A DNA stretch of 64,000 bases from Auanema rhodensis (GCA_964057225.1 CAXKVF010000094.1:62001-126000), one strand, 5' to 3'. Positions 42,001 to 53,964 are shown, counted from the stretch's first letter. The notes: generated by a model not told the origin, from the letters alone. Numbers and translations: made by a program.

Positions 42001-45000
42001 CATGCACCAATATCAATAAAAATTTGTTTTTAGACTAATATGGACATGGGGAATCTAATTTTGAAAACCGCATCTCTTTATCTTTCACGTGAAGCGAGTT
42101 ACATACCAAGTGCACATCACGTGTACATTTAATTAGCATAAATTAAAGTTCACGTAAAATTCAAAGTCATGGTTACCATGAACCAATATCAATAAAAATT
42201 TGTTTTTAGACTAATATGGACATGGGGAATCTAATTTTAAAAACCGCATCTCTTTATCTTTCACGTGAAGCGAGTTACATACCAAGTGCACATCACGTGT
42301 ACATTTAATTAGCATAAATTAAAGTTCACGTAAATTTCAAAGTCATGGTTACCATGCACCAATATCAATAAAAATTTGTTTTTAGACTAATATGGACATG
42401 GGGAATCTAATTTTGAAAACCGCATCTCTTTATCTTTCACGTGAAGCGAGTTACATACCAAGTGCACATCACGTGTACATTTAATTAGCATAAATTAAAG
42501 TTCACGTAAATTTCAAAGTCATGGTTACCATGCACCAATATCAATAAAAATTTGTTTTTAGACTAATATGGACATGGGGAATCTAATTTTGAAAACCGCA
42601 TCTCTTTATCTTTCACGTGAAGCGAGTTACATACCAACATCACGTGTACATTTAATTAGCATAATTTAAAGTTCACGTAAATTTCAAAGTCGTGGTTACC
42701 ATGCACCAATATCAATAAAAATTCGTTTTTAGACTAATATGGACATGGGGAATCTAATTTTGAAAACCGCATCTCTTTATCTTTCACGTGAAGCGAGTTA
42801 CATACCAAGTGCACATCACGTGTACATTTAATTAGCATAAATTAAAGTTCACGTAAATTTCAAAGTCATGGTTACCATGCACCAATATCAATAAAAATTT
42901 GTTTTTAGACTAATATGGACATGGGGAATCTAATTTTGAAAACCGCATCTCTTTATCTTTCACGTGAAGCGAGTTACATACCAAGTGCACATCACGTGTA
43001 CATTTAATTAGCATAAATTAAAGTTCACGTAAAATTCAAAGTCATGGTTACCATGAACCAATATCAATAAAAATTTGTTTTTAGACTAATATGGACATGG
43101 GGAATCTAATTTTAAAAACCGCATCTCTTTATCTTTCACGTGAAGCGAGTTACATACCAAGTGCACATCACGTGTACATTTAATTAGCATAAATTAAAGT
43201 TCACGTAAATTTCAAAGTCATGGTTACCATGCACCAATATCAATAAAAATTTGTTTTTAGACTAATATGGACATGGGGAATCTAATTTTGAAAACCGCAT
43301 CTCTTTATCTTTCACGTGAAGCGAGTTACATACCAAGTGCACATCACGTGTACATTTAATTAGCATAAATTAAAGTTCACGTAAATTTCAAAGTCATGGT
43401 TACCATGCACCAATATCAATAAAAATTTGTTTTTAGACTAATATGGACATGGGGAATCTAATTTTGAAAACCGCATCTCTTTATCTTTCACGTGAAGCGA
43501 GTTACATACCAAGTGCACATCACGTGTACATTTAATTAGCATAAATTAAAGTTCACGTAAATTTCAAAGTCATGGTTACCATGAAGCAATATCAATAAAA
43601 ATTTGTTTTTAGATTAATATGGACATGGGGAATCTAATTTTGAAAACCGCATCTCTTTATCTTTCACGTGAAGCGAGTTACATACCAAGTGCACATCACG
43701 TGTACATTTAATTAGCATAAATTAAAGTTCACGTAAATTTCAAAGTCATGGTTACCATGAACCAATATCAATAAAAATTTGTTTTTAGACTAATATGGAC
43801 ATGGGGAATCTAATTTTGAAAACCGCATCTCTTTATCTTTCACGTGAAGCGAGTTACATACCAAGTGCACATCACGTGTACATTTAATTAGCATAAATTA
43901 AAGTTCACGTAAATTTCAAAGTCATGGTTACCATGCACCAATATCAATAAAAATTTGTTTTTAGACTAATATGGACATGGGGAATCTAATTTTGAAAACC
44001 GCATCTCTTTATCTTTCACGTGAAGCGAGTTACATACCAAGTGCACATCACGTGTACATTTAATTAGCATAAATTAAAGTTCACGTAAAATTCAAAGTCA
44101 TGGTTACCATGAACCAATATCAATAAAAATTTGTTTTTAGACTAATATGGACATGGGGAATCTAATTTTAAAAACCGCATCTCTTTATCTTTCACGTGAA
44201 GCGAGTTACATACCAAGTGCACATCACGTGTACATTTAATTAGCATAAATTAAAGTTCACGTAAATTTCAAAGTCATGGTTACCATGCACCAATATCAAT
44301 AAAAATTTGTTTTTAGACTAATATGGACATGGGGAATCTAATTTTGAAAACCGCATCTCTTTATCTTTCACGTGAAGCGAGTTACATACCAAGTGCACAT
44401 CACGTGTACATTTAATTAGCATAAATTAAAGTTCACGTAAATTTCAAAGTCATGGTTACCATGCACCAATATCAATAAAAATTTGTTTTTAGACTAATAT
44501 GGACATGGGGAATCTAATTTTGAAAACCGCATCTCTTTATCTTTCACGTGAAGCGAGTTACATACCAAGTGCACATCACGTGTACATTTAATTAGCATAA
44601 ATTAAAGTTCACGTAAATTTCAAAGTCATGGTTACCATGAAGCAATATCAATAAAAATTTGTTTTTAGACTAATATGGAAATGGGGAATCTAATTTTGAA
44701 AACCGCATCTCTTTATCTTTCACGTGAAGCGAGTTACATACCAAGTGCACATCACGTGTACATTTAATTAGCATAAATTAAAGTTCACGTAAATTTCAAA
44801 GTCATGGTTACCATGAAGCAATATCAATAAAAATTTGTTTTTAGACTAATATGGACATGGAAAATCTAATTTTGAAAACCGCATCTCTTTATCTTTCACG
44901 TGAAGCGAGTTACATACCAAGTGCACATCACGTGTACATTTAATTAGCATAAATTAAAGTTCACGTAAATTTCAAAGTCATGGTTACCATGAACCAATAT

Positions 45001-48000
45001 CAATAAAAATTTGTTTTTAGACTAATATGGACATGGGGAATCTAATTTTGAAAACCGCATCTCTTTATCTTTCACGTGAAGCGAGTTACATACCAAGTGC
45101 ACATCACGTGTACATTTAATTAGCATAAATTAAAGTTCACGTAAATTTCAAAGTCATGGTTACCATGAACCAATATCAATAAAAATTTGTTTTTAGACTA
45201 ATATGGACATGGGGAATCTAATTTTGAAAACCGCATCTCTTTATCTTTCACGTGAAGCGAGTTACATACCAAGTGCACATCACGTGTACATTTAATTAGC
45301 ATAAATTAAAGTTCACGTAAATTTCAAAGTCATGGTTACCATGCACCAATATCAATAAAAATTTGTTTTTAGACTAATATGGACATGGGGAATCTAATTT
45401 TGAAAACCGCATCTCTTTATCTTTCACGTGAAGCGAGTTACATACCAAGTGCACATCACGTGTACATTTAATTAGCATAAATTAAAGTTCACGTAAATTT
45501 CAAAGTCATGGTTACCATGAACCAATATCAATAAAAATTTGTTTTTAGACTAATATGGACATGGGGAATCTAATTTTAAAAACCGCATCTCTTTATCTTT
45601 CACGTGAAGCGAGTTACATACCAAGTGCACATCACGTGTACATTTAATTAGCATAAATTAAAGTTCACGTAAATTTCAAAGTCATGGTTACCATGCACCA
45701 ATATCAATAAAAATTTGTTTTTAGACTAATATGGACATGGGGAATCTAATTTTGAAAACCGCATCTCTTTATCTTTCACGTGAAGCGAGTTACATACCAA
45801 GTGCACATCACGTGTACATTTAATTAGCATAAATTAAAGTTCACGTAAATTTCAAAGTCATGGTTACCATGCACCAATATCAATAAAAATTTGTTTTTAG
45901 ACTAATATGGACATGGGGAATCTAATTTTGAAAACCGCATCTCTTTATCTTTCACGTGAAGCGAGTTACATACCAAGTGCACATCACGTGTACATTTAAT
46001 TAGCATAAATTAAAGTTCACGTAAATTTCAAAGTCATGGTTACCATGAAGCAATATCAATAAAAATTTGTTTTTAGACTAATATGGAAATGGGGAATCTA
46101 ATTTTGAAAACCGCATCTCTTTATCTTTCACGTGAAGCGAGTTACATACCAAGTGCACATCACGTGTACATTTAATTAGCATAAATTAAAGTTCACGTAA
46201 ATTTCAAAGTCATGGTTACCATGAAGCAATATCAATAAAAATTTGTTTTTAGACTAATATGGACATGGAAAATCTAATTTTGAAAACCGCATCTCTTTAT
46301 CTTTCACGTGAAGCGAGTTACATACCAAGTGCACATCACGTGTACATTTAATTAGCATAAATTAAAGTTCACGTAAATTTCAAAGTCATGGTTACCATGA
46401 ACCAATATCAATAAAAATTTGTTTTTAGACTAATATGGACATGGGGAATCTAATTTTGAAAACCGCATCTCTTTATCTTTCACGTGAAGCGAGTTACATA
46501 CCAAGTGCACATCACGTGTACATTTAATTAGCATAAATTAAAGTTCACGTAAATTTCAAAGTCATGGTTACCATGAAGCAATATCAATAAAAATTTGTTT
46601 TTAGACTAATATGGACATGGGGAATCTAATTTTGAAAACCGCATCTCTTTATCTTTCACGTGAAGCGAGTTACATACCAAGTGCACATCACGTGTACATT
46701 TAATTAGCATAAATTAAAGTTCACGTAAAATTCAAAGTCATGGTTACCATGAACCAATATCAATAAAAATTTGTTTTTAGACTAATATGGACATGGGGAA
46801 TCTAATTTTAAAAACCGCATCTCTTTATCTTTCACGTGAAGCGAGTTACATACCAAGTGCACATCACGTGTACATTTAATTAGCATAAATTAAAGTTCAC
46901 GTAAATTTCAAAGTCATGGTTACCATGCACCAATATCAATAAAAATTTGTTTTTAGACTAATATGGACATGGGGAATCTAATTTTGAAAACCGCATCTCT
47001 TTATCTTTCACGTGAAGCGAGTTACATACCAAGTGCACATCACGTGTACATTTAATTAGCATAAATTAAAGTTCACGTAAATTTCAAAGTCATGGTTACC
47101 ATGCACCAATATCAATAAAAATTTGTTTTTAGACTAATATGGACATGGGGAATCTAATTTTGAAAACCGCATCTCTTTATCTTTCACGTGAAGCGAGTTA
47201 CATACCAAGTGCACATCACGTGTACATTTAATTAGCATAAATTAAAGTTCACGTAAATTTCAAAGTCATGGTTACCATGAAGCAATATCAATAAAAATTT
47301 GTTTTTAGACTAATATGGAAATGGGGAATCTAATTTTGAAAACCGCATCTCTTTATCTTTCACGTGAAGCGAGTTACATACCAAGTGCACATCACGTGTA
47401 CATTTAATTAGCATAAATTAAAGTTCACGTAAATTTCAAAGTCATGGTTACCATGAAGCAATATCAATAAAAATTTGTTTTTAGACTAATATGGACATGG
47501 AAAATCTAATTTTGAAAACCGCATCTCTTTATCTTTCACGTGAAGCGAGTTACATACCAAGTGCACATCACGTGTACATTTAATTAGCATAAATTAAAGT
47601 TCACGTAAATTTCAAAGTCATGGTTACCATGAACCAATATCAATAAAAATTTGTTTTTAGACTAATATGGACATGGGGAATCTAATTTTGAAAACCGCAT
47701 CTCTTTATCTTTCACGTGAAGCGAGTTACATACCAAGTGCACATCACGTGTACATTTAATTAGCATAAATTAAAGTTCACGTAAATTTCAAAGTCATGGT
47801 TACCATGAACCAATATCAATAAAAATTTGTTTTTAGACTAATATGGACATGGGGAATCTAATTTTGAAAACCGCATCTCTTTATCTTTCACGTGAAGCGA
47901 GTTACATACCAAGTGCACATCACGTGTACATTTAATTAGCATAAATTAAAGTTCACGTAAATTTCAAAGTCATGGTTACCATGCACCAATATCAATAAAA

Positions 48001-50037
48001 ATTTGTTTTTAGACTAATATGGACATGGGGAATCTAATTTTGAAAACCGCATCTCTTTATCTTTCACGTGAAGCGAGTTACATACCAAGTGCACATCACG
48101 TGTACATTTAATTAGCATAAATTAAAGTTCACGTAAATTTCAAAGTCATGGTTACCATGAACCAATATCAATAAAAATTTGTTTTTAGACTAATATGGAC
48201 ATGGGGAATCTAATTTTAAAAACCGCATCTCTTTATCTTTCACGTGAAGCGAGTTACATACCAAGTGCACATCACGTGTACATTTAATTAGCATAAATTA
48301 AAGTTCACGTAAATTTCAAAGTCATGGTTACCATGCACCAATATCAATAAAAATTTGTTTTTAGACTAATATGGACATGGGGAATCTAATTTTGAAAACC
48401 GCATCTCTTTATCTTTCACGTGAAGCGAGTTACATACCAAGTGCACATCACGTGTACATTTAATTAGCATAAATTAAAGTTCACGTAAATTTCAAAGTCA
48501 TGGTTACCATGCACCAATATCAATAAAAATTTGTTTTTAGACTAATATGGACATGGGGAATCTAATTTTGAAAACCGCATCTCTTTATCTTTCACGTGAA
48601 GCGAGTTACATACCAAGTGCACATCACGTGTACATTTAATTAGCATAAATTAAAGTTCACGTAAATTTCAAAGTCATGGTTACCATGAAGCAATATCAAT
48701 AAAAATTTGTTTTTAGACTAATATGGAAATGGGGAATCTAATTTTGAAAACCGCATCTCTTTATCTTTCACGTGAAGCGAGTTACATACCAAGTGCACAT
48801 CACGTGTACATTTAATTAGCATAAATTAAAGTTCACGTAAATTTCAAAGTCATGGTTACCATGAAGCAATATCAATAAAAATTTGTTTTTAGACTAATAT
48901 GGACATGGAAAATCTAATTTTGAAAACCGCATCTCTTTATCTTTCACGTGAAGCGAGTTACATACCAAGTGCACATCACGTGTACATTTAATTAGCATAA
49001 ATTAAAGTTCACGTAAATTTCAAAGTCATGGTTACCATGAACCAATATCAATAAAAATTTGTTTTTAGACTAATATGGACATGGGGAATCTAATTTTGAA
49101 AACCGCATCTCTTTATCTTTCACGTGAAGCGAGTTACATACCAAGTGCACATCACGTGTACATTTAATTAGCATAAATTAAAGTTCACGTAAATTTCAAA
49201 GTCATGGTTACCATGCACCAATATCAATAAAAATTTGTTTTTAGACTAATATGGACATGGGGAATCTAATTTTGAAAACCGCATCTCTTTATCTTTCACG
49301 TGAAGCGAGTTACATACCAAGTGCACATCACGTGTACATTTAATTAGCATAAATTAAAGTTCACGTAAAATTCAAATTCATGGTTACCATGCACCAATAT
49401 CAATAAAAATTTGTTTTTAGACTAATATGGACATGGGGAATCTAATTTTGAAAACCGCATCTCTTTATCTTTTACGTGAAGCGAGTTACATACCAAGTGC
49501 ACATCACGTGTACATTTAATTAGCATAAATTAAAGTTCACGTAAATTTCAAAGTCATGGTTACCATGCACCAATATCAATAAAAATTTGTTTTTAGACTA
49601 ATATGGACATGGGGAATCTAATTTTGAAAACCGCATCTCTTTATCTTTCACGTGAAGCGAGTTACATACCAAGTGCACATCACGTGTACATTTAATTAGC
49701 ATAAATTAAAGTTCACGTAAATTTCAAAGTCATGGTTACCATGCACCAATATCAATAAAAATTTGTTTTTAGACTAATATGGACATGGGGAATCTAATTT
49801 TGAAAACCGCATCTCTTTATCTTTCACGTGAAGCGAGTTACATACCAAGTGCACATCACGTGTACATTTAATTAGCATAAATTAAAGTTCACGTAAATTT
49901 CAAAGTCATGGTTACCATGAAGCAATATCAATAAAAATTTGTTTTTAGACTAATATGGAAATGGGGAATCTAATTTTGAAAACCGCATCTCTTTATCTTT
50001 CACGTGAAGCGGGTTACATACCAAGTGCACATCACGT
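30001..50037. repeat. 176-bp satellite array, middle block (~114 monomers)
   Basis: Same monomer and orientation. Two monomers carry a 5-bp deletion (~40706 and ~42637). Confidence 0.99.
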
Positions 50038-50040
50038 CAC

Positions 50041-50209
50041 GAATTATCTTCCTTTTGAAATTATCTTCCTTTTGAATTGATCTTCCTTTTGAAATTATCT
50101 TCCTTTTGAATTGATCTTCCTTTTGAAATTATCTTCCTTTTGAAATTATCTTCCTTTTGAAATTATCTTCCTTTTGAAATTATCTTCCTTTTGAAATTAT
50201 CTTCCTTTT
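50041..50209. repeat. 17-bp tandem array GAAATTATCTTCCTTTT x10, derived from ORF1 coding sequence (YLPFEI)
   Basis: Counted directly. The first unit is 16 nt and units 3 and 5 read gaattgat. The last unit runs in frame into TAT CTT CCT TTT GAA ATT CAA CTG. Confidence 0.97.
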
Positions 50210-50656
50210 GAAATTCAACTGGAAAACAACCTTCGCGAGGAAGCAAAAGAAAAAAACAAAAACAACACTAAGTCTGTCTTTTTGGTACGAGATCTTCGAC
50301 TTATTGAAGTTTCCCGCAATCCAGCCGATCCTCCAAACCCTCAAATAGCTCCCACTTCTTCTTGTAATCAAACTCCTAAAATACCATCTATTCACAACGT
50401 TCCATTACCAACACTCCATTCTCAAACTCTCACATCCCCAACTCTTTTTTCTAGCCCCCCTTGTAAATCTGGTAGAATGAGCCGGTCGAAGGAAAGACAG
50501 AACCGCACGTCAAAAGACAAGCGTTCTTCTGTTAGCCCAAGACGTCGCAAAAATCCACCACGATCCGCAAAATTAACCACAGATCAAATTACCAGATCTG
50601 TTAGCATGAACAATACATCTCAACGTCTCACGTCTGACAAAATGTCCTTTCGTTAA
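50198..50656 (+). pseudogene. C-terminal fragment of ORF1 of element 2
   Basis: YLPFEIQLENNLREEAK...VRDLRLIEV...SSPPCKSGR...SPRRRKNPPR...SFR* aligns with element 1 ORF1. The N-terminal part is lost to 5' truncation. Confidence 0.9.
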
Positions 50657-53477
50657 CACTGTCACGTCTTCAACCCCCCCTGTCTCACATCCTACCAGCC
50701 TCTCAGTTCAGTGTCTTAATGCACGTTCTATTCTTAACAAACTTCATATACTATCCCACGTTATTTCTTTATCCACTCCTGATATAATTGCAATATCAGA
50801 ATCATGGCTTTTTCCTGAGTTCGATACCCACCTACTCCCATGTAAACATACTTACACTATTTTTAGAGCCGATAGGTGTCTCTCACGTGGTGGTGGTGTT
50901 GTCCTCTATATTAAAAGTCATATCAAACCTTTTCTTCTTTCCTGTTCTTCTCCTCAATCTTCTATACAATTCATTAACTTACTCATACCTTCACTTAATG
51001 CTGTTTTCTCACTTTGTTATCGTCCTCCAACAGCTTCTCATTCAGATTTCATTTCGTTTCTTTCTGATCTACGTAAACAAATTTCCAAACGATCGTTCTT
51101 CCTAACGGGCGATCTTAATTTTCCTAAAATCAACTGGGACCTCGGTATTTGCTCTCAACCATGCTCCTCTAGTAGATCTATTCTTCAATTTCTTAACGAT
51201 AGCTGTTCTCATCAGTTGGTAAAGTTCCCTACCAGAGGCAAGAACATTCTTGATTATGTTATCACTGATAACATATCCAGTGTAGGCAACATATCCCGTT
51301 CTTCCCCCCTCGGCTCCTCGGATCACCATTCTGTGGTTTTCCAAATTGTTTCAGACTCTTTTCAGTTAGCTAATACAATCAGCTCTTCTAATACTTTGTC
51401 TCCGGTAGCATTACCTATGTTTTCTGATCGCAATTTTCAAGCTGCTGACTACAATCTCATCAATCATAGACTAGCCAAAATTGATTTCGCTAATCATCTC
51501 TCCGGTCTCACTCCTTTAGATTCTTACTCTAAACTTGTTCACATTCTTCACTCGGTCATTGATAGCTGCGTTCCCAAAAAACAAGAAAGAAGAAAAAAGA
51601 AGATTGACCGAGATATTTTAAAACTCTCATCTCATATAAAAAAACTCAGTTGTTCTTATCATCATCATGATGAATCTCGTCGTAAAAAACTTTCACATTC
51701 TCTTGATAAACTTATCAAGAATAGATTGGCTTTGGAAGAGGAACGTATTGCCAACTATAATAATTCAAAACTTCTTTACCGCTTTTGCAGAACCCGTTTG
51801 GGTGGCAGCACTTCAGATATCCCAAATCTCAAAATAGATAATGATTCTGTTTCGTCTGATTCTGACAAAGCTTCTATCTTTGCTACTACCTTCTCTGTTC
51901 GCCCCCTTCCTATCTCTCTACCACATGCTCCTCATTCCTTTTCTTCTACTATTATCGACTTTATTGATGTCTCCCCTCTCAACGTTCACAAAATTCTCTG
52001 TCAGTTACCTCTTCGGGTATCAACATCCCCAGACGGAATCCCTTATTTCTTCCTAAAAAATTGTGCTTCTACTCTCTCTCAGCCTCTGGCCTTTGTTTTC
52101 CACAATCTACTTGTTTCCTCCTCTTGCCCTCCTGACTGGAAAACAGCTTGGATTCGTCCCGTTCATAAATCAGGACTTTCTTCTAACCCGGCTAATTATC
52201 GTCCTATTTCTCTCACATCCAGTCTATCTAAAGTTTTTGAACGTCTCCTTCGTTCACCTCTTCTTGACTTTGGTATTTCCTCCGGCTTTATTTCTCCTAA
52301 TCAGTTTGCTTTTCTTCCAAAACGCAATACTGTATCAGCAATTCTTAGTAGTCATGTTCTCTGGAGATCTGCTGTAGACAAGAAAAAACCTGTTTATGTT
52401 GCCTTTATTGACTTTTCTAAGGTTTTTGATCTCATAAATCATTCCGTTCTGTTAGCTAAATTAAAATCAATTGGCATTGCCGGCTGTATTCTCACTTTTC
52501 TCAAAAACTTCATTACTAATAGATCTTTCTCTGTATTAGTTAATTACTCTCTATCCGTCACAAATTCTTTGCCCTGTGGAGTTCCACAGGGGACAGTACT
52601 GGGTCCTCTTCTTTTTTTATTTTATATAAATGATATTACATCAAATTTACCTGATGATGTACATCCAACTCTTTATGCAGACGATCTTAAACTAAGCAGC
52701 ACAAATCCGGTAAGTTTACAACTAGCTTTGAATATTCTCAAAAACTGGTGTCTATCTAACGGTATGAAAGTTAATACTTCCAAATCCAAAGTTATGATTA
52801 TATCGAGTACCACTACACCAAGAACAAACACAATTTTCAAATTTGGAGACATTTCTTTAGCTACAGTATCATCATATAAAGATCTAGGTGTGTGTACAGA
52901 CTATAATCTCTCTTTTAACAGTCATATAGACAGAATTTCTAACATTGCTGCTCACAAATGTCGTGTTATTTTGCGTTGTTTTTACTCAAGATCACCAACT
53001 TTGATGTTCAAACTTTTTTGCTGCTATATCCGACCAATTTTAGAATATGCTTCAGTTGTATGGTCTCCTCAGAATAACAAAGATAAAGCGCGCATTGAGT
53101 CTGTCCAAAAAAAGTTTTTAAACGCTATTTTTAAGAGAGCCGAAATAGCTTTGGATTACAAGAACCAGCTATTGTTTCTTGGAGCCGAGGAGCTAACGTT
53201 TAGAAGACTACTAATTGATCTCGTTTTTTATCATAATCAGATTACTAAAAATGTTCCAGAAAACAACCTTAACTTTTTTACTACCAAGCACTATGCTCAT
53301 TCACTACGTAGACATCTATGGAATGTTGAATACCCTGATCTTTGGAAGAGCGAAACAAGAACTGGAATAGAATACAGAGCTATTCAAATCTGGAACACAC
53401 TCCCTGAAAACATCGTTCAACTAAGAAACACTTCCAGCTTCAGAAAACATCTTTCTATTAATCTTAACAATATTTAA
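50610..53477 (+). CDS. ORF2 of element 2: APE endonuclease + reverse transcriptase (stop-to-stop frame; the track start at 51216 is an internal TTG)
   Basis: Manual translation upstream of 51216 is stop-free back to TGA 50607-50609 and gives CLNARSIL...IIAISESWL...RGGGV...CYRPP...GDLNFP. RT motifs GVPQGTVLGPLLF and YADD are present. Confidence 0.95.
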   Translation, partial: TIHLNVSRLTKCPFVNTVTSSTPPVSHPTSLSVQCLNARSILNKLHILSHVISLSTPDIIAISESWLFPEFDTHLLPCKHTYTIFRADRCLSRGGGVVLYIKSHIKPFLLSCSSPQSSIQFINLLIPSLNAVFSLCYRPPTASHSDFISFLSDLRKQISKRSFFLTGDLNFPKINWDLGICSQPCSSSRSILQFLNDSCSHQLVKFPTRGKNILDYVITDNISSVGNISRSSPLGSSDHHSVVFQIVSDSFQLANTISSSNTLSPVALPMFSDRNFQAADYNLINHRLAKIDFANHLSGLTPLDSYSKLVHILHSVIDSCVPKKQERRKKKIDRDILKLSSHIKKLSCSYHHHDESRRKKLSHSLDKLIKNRLALEEERIANYNNSKLLYRFCRTRLGGSTSDIPNLKIDNDSVSSDSDKASIFATTFSVRPLPISLPHAPHSFSSTIIDFIDVSPLNVHKILCQLPLRVSTSPDGIPYFFLKNCASTLSQPLAFVFHNLLVSSSCPPDWKTAWIRPVHKSGLSSNPANYRPISLTSSLSKVFERLLRSPLLDFGISSGFISPNQFAFLPKRNTVSAILSSHVLWRSAVDKKKPVYVAFIDFSKVFDLINHSVLLAKLKSIGIAGCILTFLKNFITNRSFSVLVNYSLSVTNSLPCGVPQGTVLGPLLFLFYINDITSNLPDDVHPTLYADDLKLSSTNPVSLQLALNILKNWCLSNGMKVNTSKSKVMIISSTTTPRTNTIFKFGDISLATVSSYKDLGVCTDYNLSFNSHIDRISNIAAHKCRVILRCFYSRSPTLMFKLFCCYIRPILEYASVVWSPQNNKDKARIESVQKKFLNAIFKRAEIALDYKNQLLFLGAEELTFRRLLIDLVFYHNQITKNVPENNLNFFTTKHYAHSLRRHLWNVEYPDLWKSETRTGIEYRAIQIWNTLPENIVQLRNTSSFRKHLSINLNNI
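50645..50656 (+). promoter_or_regulatory. Putative +1 ribosomal frameshift site UCC_UUU_CGU_UAA
   Basis: In ORF1 frame; ORF2 is open in the +1 frame from 50610 and has no ATG before the end of the EN domain. Confidence 0.7.
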
Positions 53478-53567
53478 CCTTTCTCTGTTATTGTAACTTG
53501 AAATCTTGTTTATGTATATTCTTCTATTTACAAGCATTTAAGCCTCAAGCTATGTTAAAGTTAGACA

Positions 53568-53755
53568 GTTCCCTAGTTTACCTCTGAGACCTGTTACTAC
53601 GTATTTTATCCTATAGACATTAGTCATACGGATAGAACGATAGTTACCTCTTGCTGTCAGAACGGGCTTGACTCACATCAAGAGTTCCACCGTACCTGTC
53701 AGAATACTATAGAGGTCAGTGATCTACACTGAACAAATCAACTCTTCTTTATCAA
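53568..53755 (+). other. Conserved structured RNA element in the element 2 3' UTR
   Basis: Homologous to 24929-25112 (minus), with covarying stems. Confidence 0.75.
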
Positions 53756-53936
53756 ACTAGAACTGTTTCGAAACCTTAACAAACAAGTAGTGCTGCTCGC
53801 TATCATTGTAAAAGAAAATATGCTGAACCTGTTTCTTGTACATATATTTTTTTAGTCAATTATTACAAGTATGTTTGTATTGTAAGGTTCTTTTGAATAT
53901 CTGCAATTTTCCCGATTTATTAACCTTGTTTTCCGA

Positions 53937-53964
53937 TTATAACCTGTGATTCGAACAATAAACC
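53937..53964 (+). other. Conserved 3'-terminal motif/stem-loop of element 2
   Basis: TTATAACCTGTGATTCGAACAATAAACC, matching the element 1 3' end. Confidence 0.75.

Noticed and set aside
50657-51215. Apparent loss of the endonuclease N-terminus in element 2 (track ORF starts at 51216)
   Set aside because: The frame is open and encodes the full EN domain; it simply lacks a start codon.
50180-52377. Short ORFs 50180-50395, 50788-51105, 51102-51344, 51841-52056 and 52063-52377
   Set aside because: Off-frame or antisense shadows of element 2 ORF1/ORF2.
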